Positions 34,801 to 47,800 of a stretch of DNA of 64,000 nt are shown one piece after another. Position numbers and translations under genes: made by a program. The stretch comes from Lepidodermella squamata. Lineage: Eukaryota > Animalia > Gastrotricha. The DNA is taken from the NCBI GenBank assembly GCA_047495785.1, contig JBLDXI010000009.1, positions 5,456,001-5,520,000 of the forward strand, written 5' to 3'. Position 1 is the stretch's first letter. Each line of letters begins with the position of its first letter. A model generated the notes under the pieces. The model made no database searches. It was not told the origin of the DNA and saw only the letters and a list, made by a program, of their open reading frames with translations.

Positions 34801-36920
34801 AAAGGCGCTCCTGAGGTTGTGATCAATATTTGTAGAGCTGCCAGCGTCCCAGCTGACGCTGATATGCATCTCCGAGCTCTTACTGAGTGTGGCTACCGCG
34901 TCCTAGGCCTCGCAACTCGCTCCTTAACCCGACTTGGACTTGAAGAGGCGATGAGTGCCGATCGTAATCTGTTGGAAATGCAGCTCGATTTCCTTGGACT
35001 CTTAGTTTTCGAGAACAAACTCAAGCCAGAAACTGTTGGAGTGATTGACAAGCTGAAACGGGCCAATATGAGACTGGCGATGTTGACAGGTGATAACCCG
35101 CTGACTGCGGTTAGTGTCGCTCGCCAAGCTGGTCTCATCGAGGACGTGGACCAAGTTCTTAGTGTTAATGCTACGGCTCCTTCAGCCGGGTCAGAGCCAC
35201 AGTTGGAGTATGTTGAGATTAAACAGGCCTTCCCATCTGCAGAGACCAAATCGAAGTCAAAAGTGCCGAAATTAACTCGTCCGCCAAGTAACATAATCAA
35301 TATGTTACCAATTGAGCCACCTCATCCTATCAAACTAGTAATCACTGGAGCTTCATGGTCGGTGGTTCGCAAGCATTTCCCTGAGGAAGTTGATAAAATC
35401 CTCATGAGAGGCGCTGTCTTCGCTCGAGTTAACCCGAATCATAAAAAAGATGTTGTCGAAGGCCTACAACGGCTTGGCTACTACGTGCTGATGTGTGGAG
35501 ACGGAGCCAACGATTGCGGTGCCTTAAGGGCCGCATGTACTGGTGTTTCGCTGTCTCAAGCTGAAGCGAGTGTGGCCAGTCCTTTTACGTCTCGAATCGA
35601 AAACATTTCGTGCATTCATCTGCTGATTCGTGAAGGACGCTGTGCTCTCGTCACTTCGTTCGCCATCTTCCGTTTCATGCTTCTTTATGGTAAATATCTT
35701 CTTTTCAAAATGTTTCCTTATTATATAGTTAAAGGAAATTTTACTTATCTGTTTTCACACTTTTGCAGCGCTCATTCAGTTCATATCTTGTTTCCTACTT
35801 TACTACGTTCGATCAAACTTGGCTGAATATGGTTTCCTGTACACCGACTTATTCTTAGCTACTACGCTCGTCTTTTCGATGAGCTTCACCGGAGCTTACG
35901 AGCATTTGGTCGCTGAGAAACCACCATCATCCTTACTGGAAATCAGAATGTTGCTATCGGTTAGGCATTTTTCAAATGAATACTTATGCAGGCGATAACT
36001 CTTTTCTCTTGACAGCTAATTATCCAGGCTATTTTGATCATTGGTTTTCAAACGCTGGCCTATCTATATGTGGAATATGGTGAGTGATTAGGAGAAAATC
36101 GCTTTCTTTTTTATTGAATCTATTGGTAGGTCATCATTACTGGTACTTGCCATTCAACCCTCCGGAATACGATACTGAAACTTTCGTGTCTTTCGAGTAC
36201 TACTCGGTGTTTATGGTTTCGGTCTTCCAGTACCCATGCATTGCCTTGGTGTTGTCGAAGAGCATACCGTTTCGAAAGCCAATTTGGACCAACTGGATAT
36301 TCTGCATTAACCTGTTCATCAACTTCGCCTCTGATATCTTCATTTGCTTCGACCCGATGCCGAAATTTCCACCAGATCCGCCGAATCTTGTCAACGCGCA
36401 GTATCACAGCTTCGCCGAGCTTCTTGGCATTCAGATGCCGCCGTCGATGGAGTATCGTGGCATCATTTTCTTGTTTGCATTGATCTTTTGTGCCACCTCG
36501 CTGTTGGCTGAGTTGACTTTCGTTGAGCGGCCATGGCTTGGCAACTTGTTGACAAGTTTCTGGAGAAAAATTACGAACAAGCCCAAAGGCAATCAGAGGC
36601 AGTACCAGATTCTTGACGAACGACTCGGGAGTGCTGCGGAGCGTTGGCCACCGGTGAAAGGTTCAAGTCAAGGCGCTGCATCTCTCTTTTCCGATCATCA
36701 CGGCGCTAAGCCGATCCATAAATTCAAATTCGAAACAACACCTTCGACTCAGATGTTACTGGCCCCATCATCCGCGGATCTAGCTCTGAGTTCTAATAGT
36801 ATTTTATCTCAGAGCAATAACGGCTCAGCAGATCCTCTCACATCGACTTCAACTGTGGATCTGAACCCAGGCTACGGCTCATCTGAACCATTAGCTGAGT
36901 CTTACGGTAGTCGCGTATAA
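31836..36920 (+). CDS. P5B-type ATPase (ATP13A2/3-like polyamine transporter), copy 1, multi-exon
   Basis: LTGESVPV, PPALP, CFDKTGT, KGAPE, MLTGDN and MCGDGANDCGAL motifs. Confidence 0.95.
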
Positions 36921-37538
36921 TATTCGAACGAACAATCGTTAGTATTTCACGTCGAGCAGGTAAAAGCAGTGCAGTTACAGTATTTAGTCGAATGCTATAC
37001 TACTTTTTAACAGGTATTATTTCGGCCTGGTATCTCTATGCCACTGCTTGCGTGTACTTGTTGCCAATAACTTTGAAATTTGTCAACGAAGGAAGTGCTA
37101 CCTGGTGCCATTTGAACCCGTTTCTATCTCGCTTCTATTTTTGTTGCTCCTGTACTTGCTTACGATTAATCTGTCGAATTTAACATAATTTTCCGTCTTT
37201 TGCATGAATTTCCACCGGTGTCATTTCGATTTATGCTCTTGATTCTTGCTGCTGAAATACTTTTTTACCTATGATGAATAAAAGGCAACGATATGCTTCA
37301 AGGTGGATGGCTTTCCTGTTTCACGAGGTGACTGTGACAAAATATGTCCCGCTTTTTTTCGAATTGCTTGCTTGGGTCAACTTACAGCTTGAGCTACATG
37401 GGCTGACACGTGAGGGCCATTTCGGAAGGCATAAAGAGGACCAGATATCAGCAACTAAAAAACGAATGAGCCATCGGCGAATGTGAAATTCCATAAACAT
37501 TTGATTACTTCTGATTTGATAGGTGTTTGTGAAAAATA

Positions 37539-40500
37539 ATGGCTCCTATTCCGCCCGATTTGTTCACTGATTCGCAGAAATATTGGCAAATTTATTACCA
37601 GCGGAGCTCCAGGCGAATAGCTATCGCGATAGTATTGAGCATTGCTACGCTTGGAATATTCCCTCTTCTTTGCGTATTCAAGCACGCTAGATGGGTCAGG
37701 ATTGCCTACTCTCAATGCAAACCAAGTGAGGTATCCGCAGTTATCTTCATCGACAAGGTGTCCAAGCGAGATCAAGTATTTTACGTGCATTACGTTTCCG
37801 CTGATGAAAGGAGCATTCGAGTTTCGCCATATCAAAAAAGCTGCCTGGTAGCCTCGGATTATTTGAAACTTCGCGTCGATGTTGGCAACGGCTGGTCGCT
37901 GCAATACGATGATGAAAAACAGTCATTTGTACCTCACGCGAAAGACCATGAATCAGACGGGGATCTACCCGAGTCTTTTATGACAATGAGTGGTGAAGTT
38001 CACGAGCAACTCGAGGGAGCTAACTGGCTGAACAAGGGCAAGGATGACGAGCATGAACTGGTTGGGTTCAGAGTCGTTACATGGAAGCTGGTCCTACTCT
38101 ACATCGGCTGGTTCCTGTCAGCTGGTCTCTTGTGGCTTTACTGCTATTGGCAACCGTTTTTGAAGCTGCAACTGACAAGTGTGAGATGTAGCCTTCTCTC
38201 GGCTGACACTCTCCTTATAATGGCACCTCCGGTAAGTATTTATTAAGAAGTATCAAATTTTCCCAAACTTGCAATTTCCCAGACAAAAGCCAGCCAGAAG
38301 TTTGCGGCTAGCATCATGCCGCCGTTTATTGAGACGCTGCTCAGCAGCGGTTTGGTGGTTATTCTTTTCTTATGCCCAGCAATCAGCCTTACATTTGGAG
38401 TTGCGACCTTAACCTATCTTTACATTGCCCTGAGACGTGAGTCTTGTCGTTTATTTCTGTTTTATTGCCTAATTGATTGTCTCACGCTACCAGCTTATGA
38501 CGTAAGGACTGTGATTCACGCTACTCGAGACGGTCGTCCTCTCAAAGTTAACACAGAAAACCACGCAACAATTGAATATTTCATGAATCAGCCTTGCTCA
38601 CGCTCTGCAATCATCAAATTCTTCACGTGGCAGAAAGTCAGGTACGTTTGGAGCGGAATGGGCTCATCCGCATTGTTTCGCTTCGAAAGACAGCACGGAT
38701 TAATTGCCGCCGAAGCTGAGGAGCCCTTAGATCCCTCGAAACTATCCGCATACTACGAGCACCAAGTCCTTGGCATAGTGCCAACATTGCAAGCATTCCA
38801 CTCCACCTCCAATGGTTTGCTTGAAGAAAAAGCTGCACTGACAAGGGCTCTTCTTGGCGATAACAAAATGGACCTTCGCTTAACGCCTCTACTAATTGTT
38901 TTCATTCGCGAAGTGCTCACGCCATTCTACCTATTTCAGGTAAATATGGGGTTGCGTTTCTGAGCGCCAATACTCTATTGTATTTTCAGGCTTGTTCTGT
39001 TACGATTTGGATAGTTGATGATTACCGAATTTATGCTTATATTATCATCGCTCTTACTACACTCTCGGCGTTATGGGCGGTCGTATCAATCCGTATCGTG
39101 AGTCCCAAAGCCTTTTCAAAGCCATATTTAAAGTTCCTTATTGACAGCAAGAATTTGCGTTACGGAAGACGATGCACAAACCAAGCCTCGTTGAAATATT
39201 GCGGCCTGGCCAAAACATGCCTACCATTGAAGATCCAGGAGCTCTTGTACCTGGGGATGTTGTCATCATCCCAGCAGGCGGTTGTGTGCTACAATGCGAT
39301 GCTGTTTTACTAAAGTTAGTTTATCAGGCATCAGTTGAAATGAGATTATTTGAATTAACATCCACAGCGGAACCTGTTTGGTCGATGAAGCCATGCTTAC
39401 CGGGGAATCAGTTCCAGTGATGAAATTTGCTCTCCCTGCTGCTAGAAATGACTCTCAAGAACTACTACATATCAAAAGTCATGAACGAAGCATTTTGTTC
39501 TGTGGAACCCGAGTTATACAAGTTAACGCCGGAACTGATACTCGCGCCCGAGCCGTCGTTATTCGAACTGGCTTCATGACAGCAAAAGGCGAGCTGACCC
39601 GTCTCATCTTATACCCGAAGCCATTCGACTTCGAATTTGCTGCAGATGCTGCTAAATTTGTCGCGCTAATGGCTGCAATGTCGCTGATCGGCGTTTGCTA
39701 TTCTGTCGCACTTCGCCTGCATCGCGGCGAATTGGCTAGTGTCGTTTGGATTCGAAGCCTTGACCTAATCACAATCGCTGTCCCGCCCGCTCTTCCCATC
39801 GCCCTAACGATTGGCTACATGATGGCGAAAAATCGGTTGCAACGGAGAAACTTGAGCTGCACATCGCCGAGTGCGATCTCAATGGCCGGCGTCGTCGATG
39901 TTTGCTGCTTCGATAAAACTGGCACAATGACCGAGAGTGGGCTCGACTTTGAAAAGCTAATCCCAGCTGTTGATGGTAAATTTCTTGCACCCACTCAACC
40001 AGCATCGCTGCAAGATGGAAACTTACTGCGGTGTCTGGTAACTTGTCACTCGCTATGTCTGGTCGAGGGCAGAGCGATTGGGGACCCGATTGAAGAAAAG
40101 ATGTTCGAATTAGCTGGCTGGACTTTGCTGGATCAATGTGATGCCGAAAGACAAGCACCAGGTCTTAGCTCGATAGCTGTCGTAAAACCACCGAATTTGA
40201 GAGCTGGAGCTATTTTGGGTCCACATTTAGCCATCATTCGCCAACTGCCGTTTTCTTCCCATGTTCAACGCATGTCAGTCGTAGCGGCAGGAGTGGATTT
40301 GCCGGATGAAAGTCTATCCCTGTATTTGAAAGGGGCTCCTGAGACCGTTATCGGAATTTGCCGAGCTGACAGTGTCCCAGCTGACGTCGACATTCATCTA
40401 AAGACGCTGACTGAAAGCGGCTATCGCGTGTTAGGCCTAGCTTATCGATCGTTGAAATCAGTTGGTATAAAGGAGGCAAATACCGCTGATCGCAGCTCTC

Positions 40501-42148
40501 TTGAGAGCCAGCTGGATTTCCTCGGCCTTTTAGTGTTCGAGAACAAGCTCAAGCCCGAGACTAAAGATGTTGTACAAAAATTAAAACGTGCCAATATCAG
40601 GTTGGTGATGCTTACTGGGGATAATCCTTTAACAGCTGTCAGTGTGGCTCGCCAAGCTGGCCTTATTGAAGATAAGGACCAAGTAATTCGTGTGAACGCT
40701 ACTCCTCCCGAAGAGGGCGTGGAAGCTAAATTGGAATACGCCGAAATCAAGCAGTCATTTCTTTCTATAGAATCTGGGAAAAACTCACCTCCAGCGAGGC
40801 TAGGACTCCCGCCTCAGATCAAATTGGTATGCATTTTAATTTCAGGAAGGAATTTCCGCCGAATCTCTTCATAGGTAACAACTGGACCTTCTTGGTCAGC
40901 GATTCAACAGTACAACCCGGAGGAGGTTGACAAGATCCTAATGCGGGGAGTTGTTTTTGCTAGGGTTAACCCAAATCACAAGAAGGATGTCGTCGAAGGG
41001 CTGCAACGCCTCGGCTACTACGCGCTTATGTGCGGTGATGGTGCGAACGATTGCGGAGCCTTGCGAGCCGCATGCGCAGGGGTCTCTCTGTCGCAAGCTG
41101 AAGCGAGTGTTGCTAGTCCATTTACGTCACGGATTGAAAACATCTCATGCGTGCATCTGCTCATCCGTGAAGGCCGATGCTCCCTAGTCACTTCTTTCGC
41201 AATTTTCCGATTCATGCTTCTCTATGGTTATTTAAATTGCATATTATTTCACCTTAAAATTGTGAAAACATACTACTCACAGCTCTCATTCAGTTCTCGT
41301 CTTGCTTCTTGCTGTATTACGTTCGGGCGAATTTGGCCGAGTTCGGCTTTCTCTATTCCGATTTGTTCCTAGCGACTACGTTGGTGTTCACGATGAGCTT
41401 TACTGGCGCCTATGAGCATTTGGTAGCGAAAAAACCACCCTCGTCGCTTCTGGAAGCCCGAATGCTGTTATCGGTATAAAATCAATTCAGCTAATCGTTT
41501 GATCTTATTTAACACTGTTACTAAACAGCTCATTGTTCAAGCGTTGCTGATAGTTGGCTTCCAATTTATCGCATTTCTTTACGTCAGATTTGGTATGGTC
41601 TCAAAATATCTTTCGATACCCCAGGATTATTTGTTGTTTCAGGGCATCACTATTGGTTTCTGTCCTTCAACCCGCCACAGTACGACACTGAGAACTACAT
41701 TTCATTCGAGTACTATTCAGTCTACTTGGTGTCCGTATTCCAGTATCCTTGCATTGCTCTCGTTCTGTCGAAAAGCCTCCCCTTCCGCAAGCCAATCTGG
41801 ACCAATTGGATATTCTGCTTGAATCTGATCGTTAATTTTTCGGCGAATATATTTATGTGCTTCGATCCGAAACCGCAGTTGTCCCACGATCGGAAGGCGA
41901 AGTATCACAGCTTTGCTGAGTTGATGGGCATCCAAATGCCACCGTCAGTTGAGTATCGAGGCATTATTTTTATGATATCGATGATATTCTGCTTTACTTC
42001 CCTTCTCGCTGAGTTGACATTGATTGAGCGACCGTGGCTCGGAAAGCTGTTGTCTCACCTGGGTAGCAAAATTTCGAGAGACAAGCAGCGGAGATACCGA
42101 ACTCTTGATGAACAGCTGAAAAGTTCGAGCTTCCAGATCAAAAACTAG
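37539..42148 (+). CDS. P5B-type ATPase (ATP13A2/3-like), copy 2, tandem paralog with shorter C-tail
   Basis: Same motifs and colinear exon structure as copy 1. Confidence 0.95.
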
Positions 42149-42310
42149 AAAATCTAAGCGATGGTTTCGTTTACCCATTTTGATCTCGCTTATTACTGTT
42201 CGAAACCAGTGATTAGGTCTAAGGCGTTATTATTGCTTTGTCTTTAACGTATTTTATGTATAATAAAACCAATATTAACTTGAAAGCTATTCGAAGACCA
42301 TCTGTTCATC

Positions 42311-42340
42311 GAGACCAGGGTTCGATTCCCTGCCAAGGAG
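42311..42340 (+). pseudogene. tRNA-Asp 3' fragment (edge of the duplicated block)
   Basis: GAGACCAGGGTTCGATTCCCTGCCAAGGAG only; the 5' half is absent. Confidence 0.85.
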
Positions 42341-42434
42341 CATTCATTTTCAAAAAATACATTATTATTGCCATCATCAAAGCCAGAAAAACTAGAAACT
42401 AGCGTCTCAGCTTTGAACGAGGCAAAATTGTTCA

Positions 42435-42516
42435 CGACGCAGAAGGGATTCGAACCCTCGCGGGCAGAGCCCAATGGATTAGCAGTCCATCGCCTTAACC
42501 ACTCGGCCACCGCGTC
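42435..42516 (-). tRNA. tRNA-Ser(GCT)
   Basis: Reverse complement of 16270-16351. Confidence 0.95.
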
Positions 42517-42615
42517 TTCTCCAGGTAAGCCATCTGTCAGCGCTGCCTGAATTTTAACAAGAACAGCGAGACGTTGATAGGCCGCTGACAAATTTTGTGC
42601 TTAACCGCGAAATCA

Positions 42616-42687
42616 GCCACGGTAGTATAGTGGTTAGTATTCCTCGTTGTGGCCGAGGTGACCCTGGTTCGACTCCAGGCCGTGGCA
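42616..42687 (+). tRNA. tRNA-His(GTG)
   Basis: Reverse complement of 16096-16167. Confidence 0.95.
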
Positions 42688-42794
42688 GAGTCACACAGAA
42701 CTCGAGACAGTGGCAGGCGGTTCAATTTTTTTAATTTATTGACAGTAAAGCTAGTTTTTCGTATAGCCAGCCAGCCAACCAAAAAGCTTACAGC

Positions 42795-42867
42795 TGATTC
42801 GGGCCGGGATTGAACCGGCGACCTTCTGCGTGTTAGGCAGATGTGATAACCACTACACCACCGAACC
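42795..42867 (-). tRNA. tRNA-Val(AAC)
   Basis: Reverse complement of 15916-15988. Confidence 0.95.
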
Positions 42868-42956
42868 GCTACATGCAAAGCGTGCCGTTGAACGCATTTA
42901 ATCGCGCGATGATCAGTATACATCAGTCTATACATTTCACACTTGAGCAAAAGAAT

Positions 42957-43029
42957 CGCCCGATGTGGGGCTCGAACCCACGACCCTGGGATTAAGAGTC
43001 CCATGCTCTACCGACTGAGCTAACCGGGC
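42957..43029 (-). tRNA. tRNA-Lys(CTT)
   Basis: Reverse complement of 15754-15826. Confidence 0.95.
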
Positions 43030-43106
43030 TGGTGCAGAATTATGTCAGCTGATACTACTGTCACGCCTTTCAGCGAATGACAAGGCGTAGCTGAATAAAA
43101 TTATTG

Positions 43107-43179
43107 CGAGGCTGCCAGGAGTCGAACCTGGAATCTTCTGATCCGTAGTCAGACGCGTTGTCCATTGCGCCACAACCCC
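43107..43179 (-). tRNA. tRNA-Arg(ACG)
   Basis: Reverse complement of 15602-15674. Confidence 0.95.
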
Positions 43180-43459
43180 GTTGTACTGCAAGAATGATGA
43201 AATCGTATCATCTTCGCTTCGTTCATGTTGCTTTCCTTTGTCTCTTGCTTTGTCAGCTCGCCGATAATAGTAGCGGCGTTCTGACCTTATGGGACGATAC
43301 AGTTTTTCATGCTCTGTTTTCATGCTCTGAAACATGGTTTCAGCGCAATCGAACAACCGACAATTATGTAATTTTTTCATTCGTCAATCAACCGTCACAA
43401 CTTGTGCAAATGGCCGCCGCAGGCGTAACGCAGGTTTCACTCGTGAACAGGAGGCGAGA

Positions 43460-43531
43460 GGGGATATAGCTCAGTGGTAGAGCATTCGACTGCAGATCGA
43501 GAGGTCCCCGGTTCAAACCCGGGTGTCCCCT
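43460..43531 (+). tRNA. tRNA-Cys(GCA)
   Basis: Reverse complement of 30079-30150. Confidence 0.95.
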
Positions 43532-43612
43532 TCAACTGTTTTTTAATGTAAAACTGCTCATCAGGCATTAGCTGCCCATCATCAGGAAATTGGCTATTTG
43601 TTGCACCGAACA

Positions 43613-43629
43613 GCTTCTGTGGCGCAATT

Positions 43630-43669
<40 letters not shown>

Positions 43670-43686
43670 GAGCCCACCCAGGAGCG
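43613..43686 (+). tRNA. tRNA-Asn(GTT)
   Basis: Reverse complement of 29918-29991. Confidence 0.95.
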
Positions 43687-43763
43687 CAAGCGTTCATCAG
43701 CCTGTCAAGCCTGTAGATGATGTCAAGAAAGCCAACACCTGATAGTGAATTGCCCGTTTTTCA

Positions 43764-44011
43764 GGATCCCCACAGAGTAACAGGCTTCAAATAAAGCAGA
43801 GAGCAACAAATGGTGCACACTTCAGACCAAATGGCTTCAAAGCACTCCCATAAAAAAAGTAAAAAAAGTATTAAGCAATGATCACCATGTTTTGGAATTA
43901 ATGCTATTATTTTACTTTGAAGCCATTTTCAAATTTTGCTCTGAGGTCATGGTGCTTTGAAGCTTTTGCTTTGAAGCCTTTTACTAAATTTTCCCTTCTT
44001 TGTAGGGGACC
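43764..44011. mobile_element. Mutator-like MITE with 9-bp TSD
   Basis: Direct repeat CGTTTTTCA at 43755-43763 and 44012-44020; imperfect G-starting TIRs; internal inverted AATGGCTTCAAAG / CTTTGAAGCCATT. Confidence 0.7.
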
Positions 44012-44890
44012 CGTTTTTCATGGTGTTTTTCATTTAATGCAACTTTTTCTGAAATCCGATTTCAGCTCCAATCGTCTTGATTTTTATTTCAAACGAGACG
44101 GAGAATTTTATACGAAAACCCTCATGATTTAAACGTTCAACCCTGAAAAGCTAAACACCTGCAAAGCCGAAAGTGTCCAAAGTTACCGTGTCCACAATCA
44201 CCACACGTTACGGTATTCTCGCGAAAATCGTTAACCGTATTAGCCGTGTTTTAAACTCCTTCCGTTCCAATTATTCAATTTGTGAAGTTGGCGGCAACTG
44301 GCAACTGCTTTAAAAGACTTCTCTCTACGCCACAATTCTGATATTCCATAATATTTGACACCGGGATTTGCTTTCCCCGTCTCTTAGCGAGGGCACGGAG
44401 AAAGCCGCTCTCATGTGATCATTGCATGCGAGGCAAAGAAGGCTCGTGCCTATCCTCTCGCACGGCATTTCCATTGCGTCATTCTATTTTGATTAAATTT
44501 TTTTACATTGTGTCGGGACAGAAAAATAAAGCCAGAATACACTCACGATCTCTGTTGACAACATGTTTTTTTTTCGTTTTTTATACGATTGCGTACTGCC
44601 TTTTACCCCAATAATAGTATCAAGGTAGTCCTTCTATTTTCCAGCGTTCTTCTCGATAATTTTGATCGCTTTGAAATGAGCATTTTTTAAAGCGACTATA
44701 GTATCTATTTTCATTTGTCGCTTCTCGCGACTCGTTGACTCTGAGGTTGGTAGTTGAATAGATTCTACCCAATTATTGCTCAGCTGCTTGTATACATGGC
44801 TCCGCTTTCTTCTAGAATCATGCGATCCATCAAGTGAATGCCGCCGCATTTTGTCTTATTTTAGAAGGCATACCTATTATTTATTAATAC

Positions 44891-47800
44891 ATGATGCGAT
44901 TGTTTCGTTACATTGCTCTAATAATAATGGCGTGCAGCGCCCTCGCGAAAGAGGTATGAAGACTTTCCACCTGAGCTGATTCTTCAATTATCCGATAAAA
45001 TTGCAGGCACTGGCTGATGACCACGAGGCGGTGAAGCAAGTCCTCTACAAGTTGGATAGCCAAATCAAGAAAGACCGTAATCAGAAAATTGTGAGTAGAA
45101 CTGTGGGAAATCCTCTTTTGCGGAAAATTCTAATAAATTAATTATATTGAATCCCCTTCAGACTTGTAGGCTAAATTTCTTGAATTAATTTAATGTTATA
45201 CCATCCTTTAGGGGTTGGTTTCAAATTTGACCCTTTGGTTTTATTGTATTTTTACACGTTCCCAAGGGTCCTTATTCGAGTGGCACTAGGATTCCGAATA
45301 GGTAGCCCCATCCGCGGGTCCATCTGTACTTGGCTATTTGAAAAAGTGTGCGGCTATTAACCGGAGACCGGAGTTGGCCGAGTAGAATAAAATTTGCTTC
45401 AAAATTGCAGCTTCAAATTGCTCGAAAAGGTTCAGGGGTCGAATTAAATATAATTTTGTTGTTAAAATTCATTAGCGCAGGCTGCTTCAGGAACAAATAA
45501 TGCGGTACCTTCTAGGTATTTAAAGTTAACTCAATTTGGTTTTGCTAAAACTGAGACAGCCTTAAATAGCAAATTTATTTCTGTAAAATGGCGAAATTGC
45601 GTCTGACCTACCATATTTTCAGGTGCCATATGAAAACTTCAAAATGAACAACCGAATAAGGTACCCGACTCTTGAGATGGCACAATCAAGATATGAAAAA
45701 TACATGAACGAACACCACAATGCCGACTTTGAGCCAAGAGTCGGGGCTGCTGGATCAAATGCATGGACCCTGCCGATGGGTGTTTACTTCGACAGCGTAC
45801 AAAGTAGTGAGTTGAAAACCCGGCCGGAGTAAACGAAGACATTAACAACGATACTTTTACAGATGAGACTTTCATAACTGAGTACGTTGCGGCGCTCGAA
45901 TTTTGGAAGCAGAACACTTGCTTTGATTACAAAATAGACAACGAACAGAACAACGACAATTTGTATGTATTAATGGCTGACAGGTATGTTGCTGAATCAT
46001 TATCCTGCGTCTTTATCCACTAGCCAGTATTTGATAAAAGCAGGCAGTAGTCACTTTTCTCTCAAGCTCTGCATTTTTTACCCGCGTGGTTGATTATTTT
46101 TTTCCATAGCTGGGATTTAGCCCCTAGGCTCCGTTCGCTGCGCTACAACTCGTTATTGGCGTTAAGTACCGTAAATTGAGGCAAAATGGGCGCGGGAAAA
46201 AAATTACCCCTTTTTCGCATTTTTACACACGTTGCAGAGGGTCCTGATTCCGATTTTATAGGAAACTCATTTTGCCCCAGGTTTGGGGCAAATTGAACAG
46301 GTGTTTTGGGGCTAATTGGCCAACCTTATCCTTATAATGGGTTTTTAATATTCAGTCATTGTGAGGGTTGAATGATCGAGTGGTTGTGATGGGTCATCAG
46401 AACTTGAGTGATCTGATAAGCGACGGTTCGAATCCTCATAAAGTAGCATTTTTTTGCTCCGCATTAAATTTTTTGAATTTCTGATAGTTTTTTCTGATAG
46501 TTTTACTGCCGAGCAACTTTTAAACGTCTCCCGAACAAAAAAATGCCCGGGATACGTGGTGTTAGTGGAATAATTAAAATGGAAAATTAACAAAAAAATT
46601 AACAAAATTAAATGCGGAGCAAAAATGAGGGGTCGCGGTTTTTTTTTTTTGCTGTCATTTATGACGAAAATGGTCGAAGGAATAAATTTCATCTGATCAT
46701 CAAACCTCGTGATTGGCTCCAGGTAATTCAATTTAGAGGGGTCATTTTTACCTCCCAAAACTCACCTCTGTGTAACAACATGCCGTGACCTCATTTCGGG
46801 ACATACGTGGCTGGAAATTTGCAGGCTTGTAGGAGGCTTGTTGATAATCGTTCCCGTAAATTTTTGTAAAGTTTTACCTTGTAGTTTTTGAGCTATCGTT
46901 AAAAATGTGAATACCTTAATTTTTGGCCACTTAGCCCCAAAGGTTCATTTTGCCCCAAATGACGGTAGCGTAAAAGTAAATGTAGGTATACTTAACACAC
47001 ACTATTCACAGTAGTGAGCGGGATGGGGTGGAGGTTTGCGGCCCTCGTTAACACTCAGGTCGCAAGCATTCGAACGCAGAAAGTATATTGCTATCGTATC
47101 TGCAGTTGGGCGGCATAGATAAATGAGAAACGGTTGAGTTTTTAGCGATGGTTGTTTTATGCATCAAGTCGTGCCCGCACATGGTAATAGTTAAAACCGC
47201 GCGGGGCCAACTTTCACATTTTCTGGCGGTTTTTATGTCATTACATTTGGAATCGATTGCATATCGAATTCTCGTTCGAAAAAATGTAACGCTAATTTTT
47301 TCTACGGGTGCTCAAAATTTGCTGTCTAAATTTTTGTTGGCACGCGTGCACCCTCTAGCGCACTACTTGGAATTCACGTAAAACATTTTCGCTTTACATT
47401 TTTTCGAACGAGAATTCCATGCTCAATCGAATCCAAATTTAATGAACTTCATTTTGACATGAAACCCGCCGAGAAATTCGAAAGTTAGCCTATATCATTC
47501 ATCGGGCGCGTGGCGGACCAATGACCAATCAGAGTGCGCGCCTGGAGGAAACTTAGGCGTGCATGCCTGAATATGTGCGTTTTTCATAGAAGTCAAATGA
47601 TCGCTAAAATAAAAACATAAGAAAGTGCTCAAATATAATGAAATTGTTATCCAATGACTATATGCTCACAGGTCATACCTTACTGAGATGTCTCCCGGTA
47701 AACGTCAGAACGCGCAGGACTCTGGTACGCACCCACAGGTAAAGTGATAGTATTGCATTATTGCAATCTTGAATTAATGGGGCTCTTTTACTCAGGGTAT

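Larger units (their letters stand above)
42311..43309 (-). repeat. ~1-kb inverted duplicate of 15472-16469 (tRNAs plus spacers)
   Basis: Spacers are near-identical; the same spurious ORF MGLLIPGSWV..AVKHKI is translated from both copies. Confidence 0.95.

Noticed and set aside
45210-45450. Possible MITE in an astacin-gene intron
   Set aside because: Only a short degenerate inverted match (AATTTGACCC / GGGTCGAATT) and no TSD.
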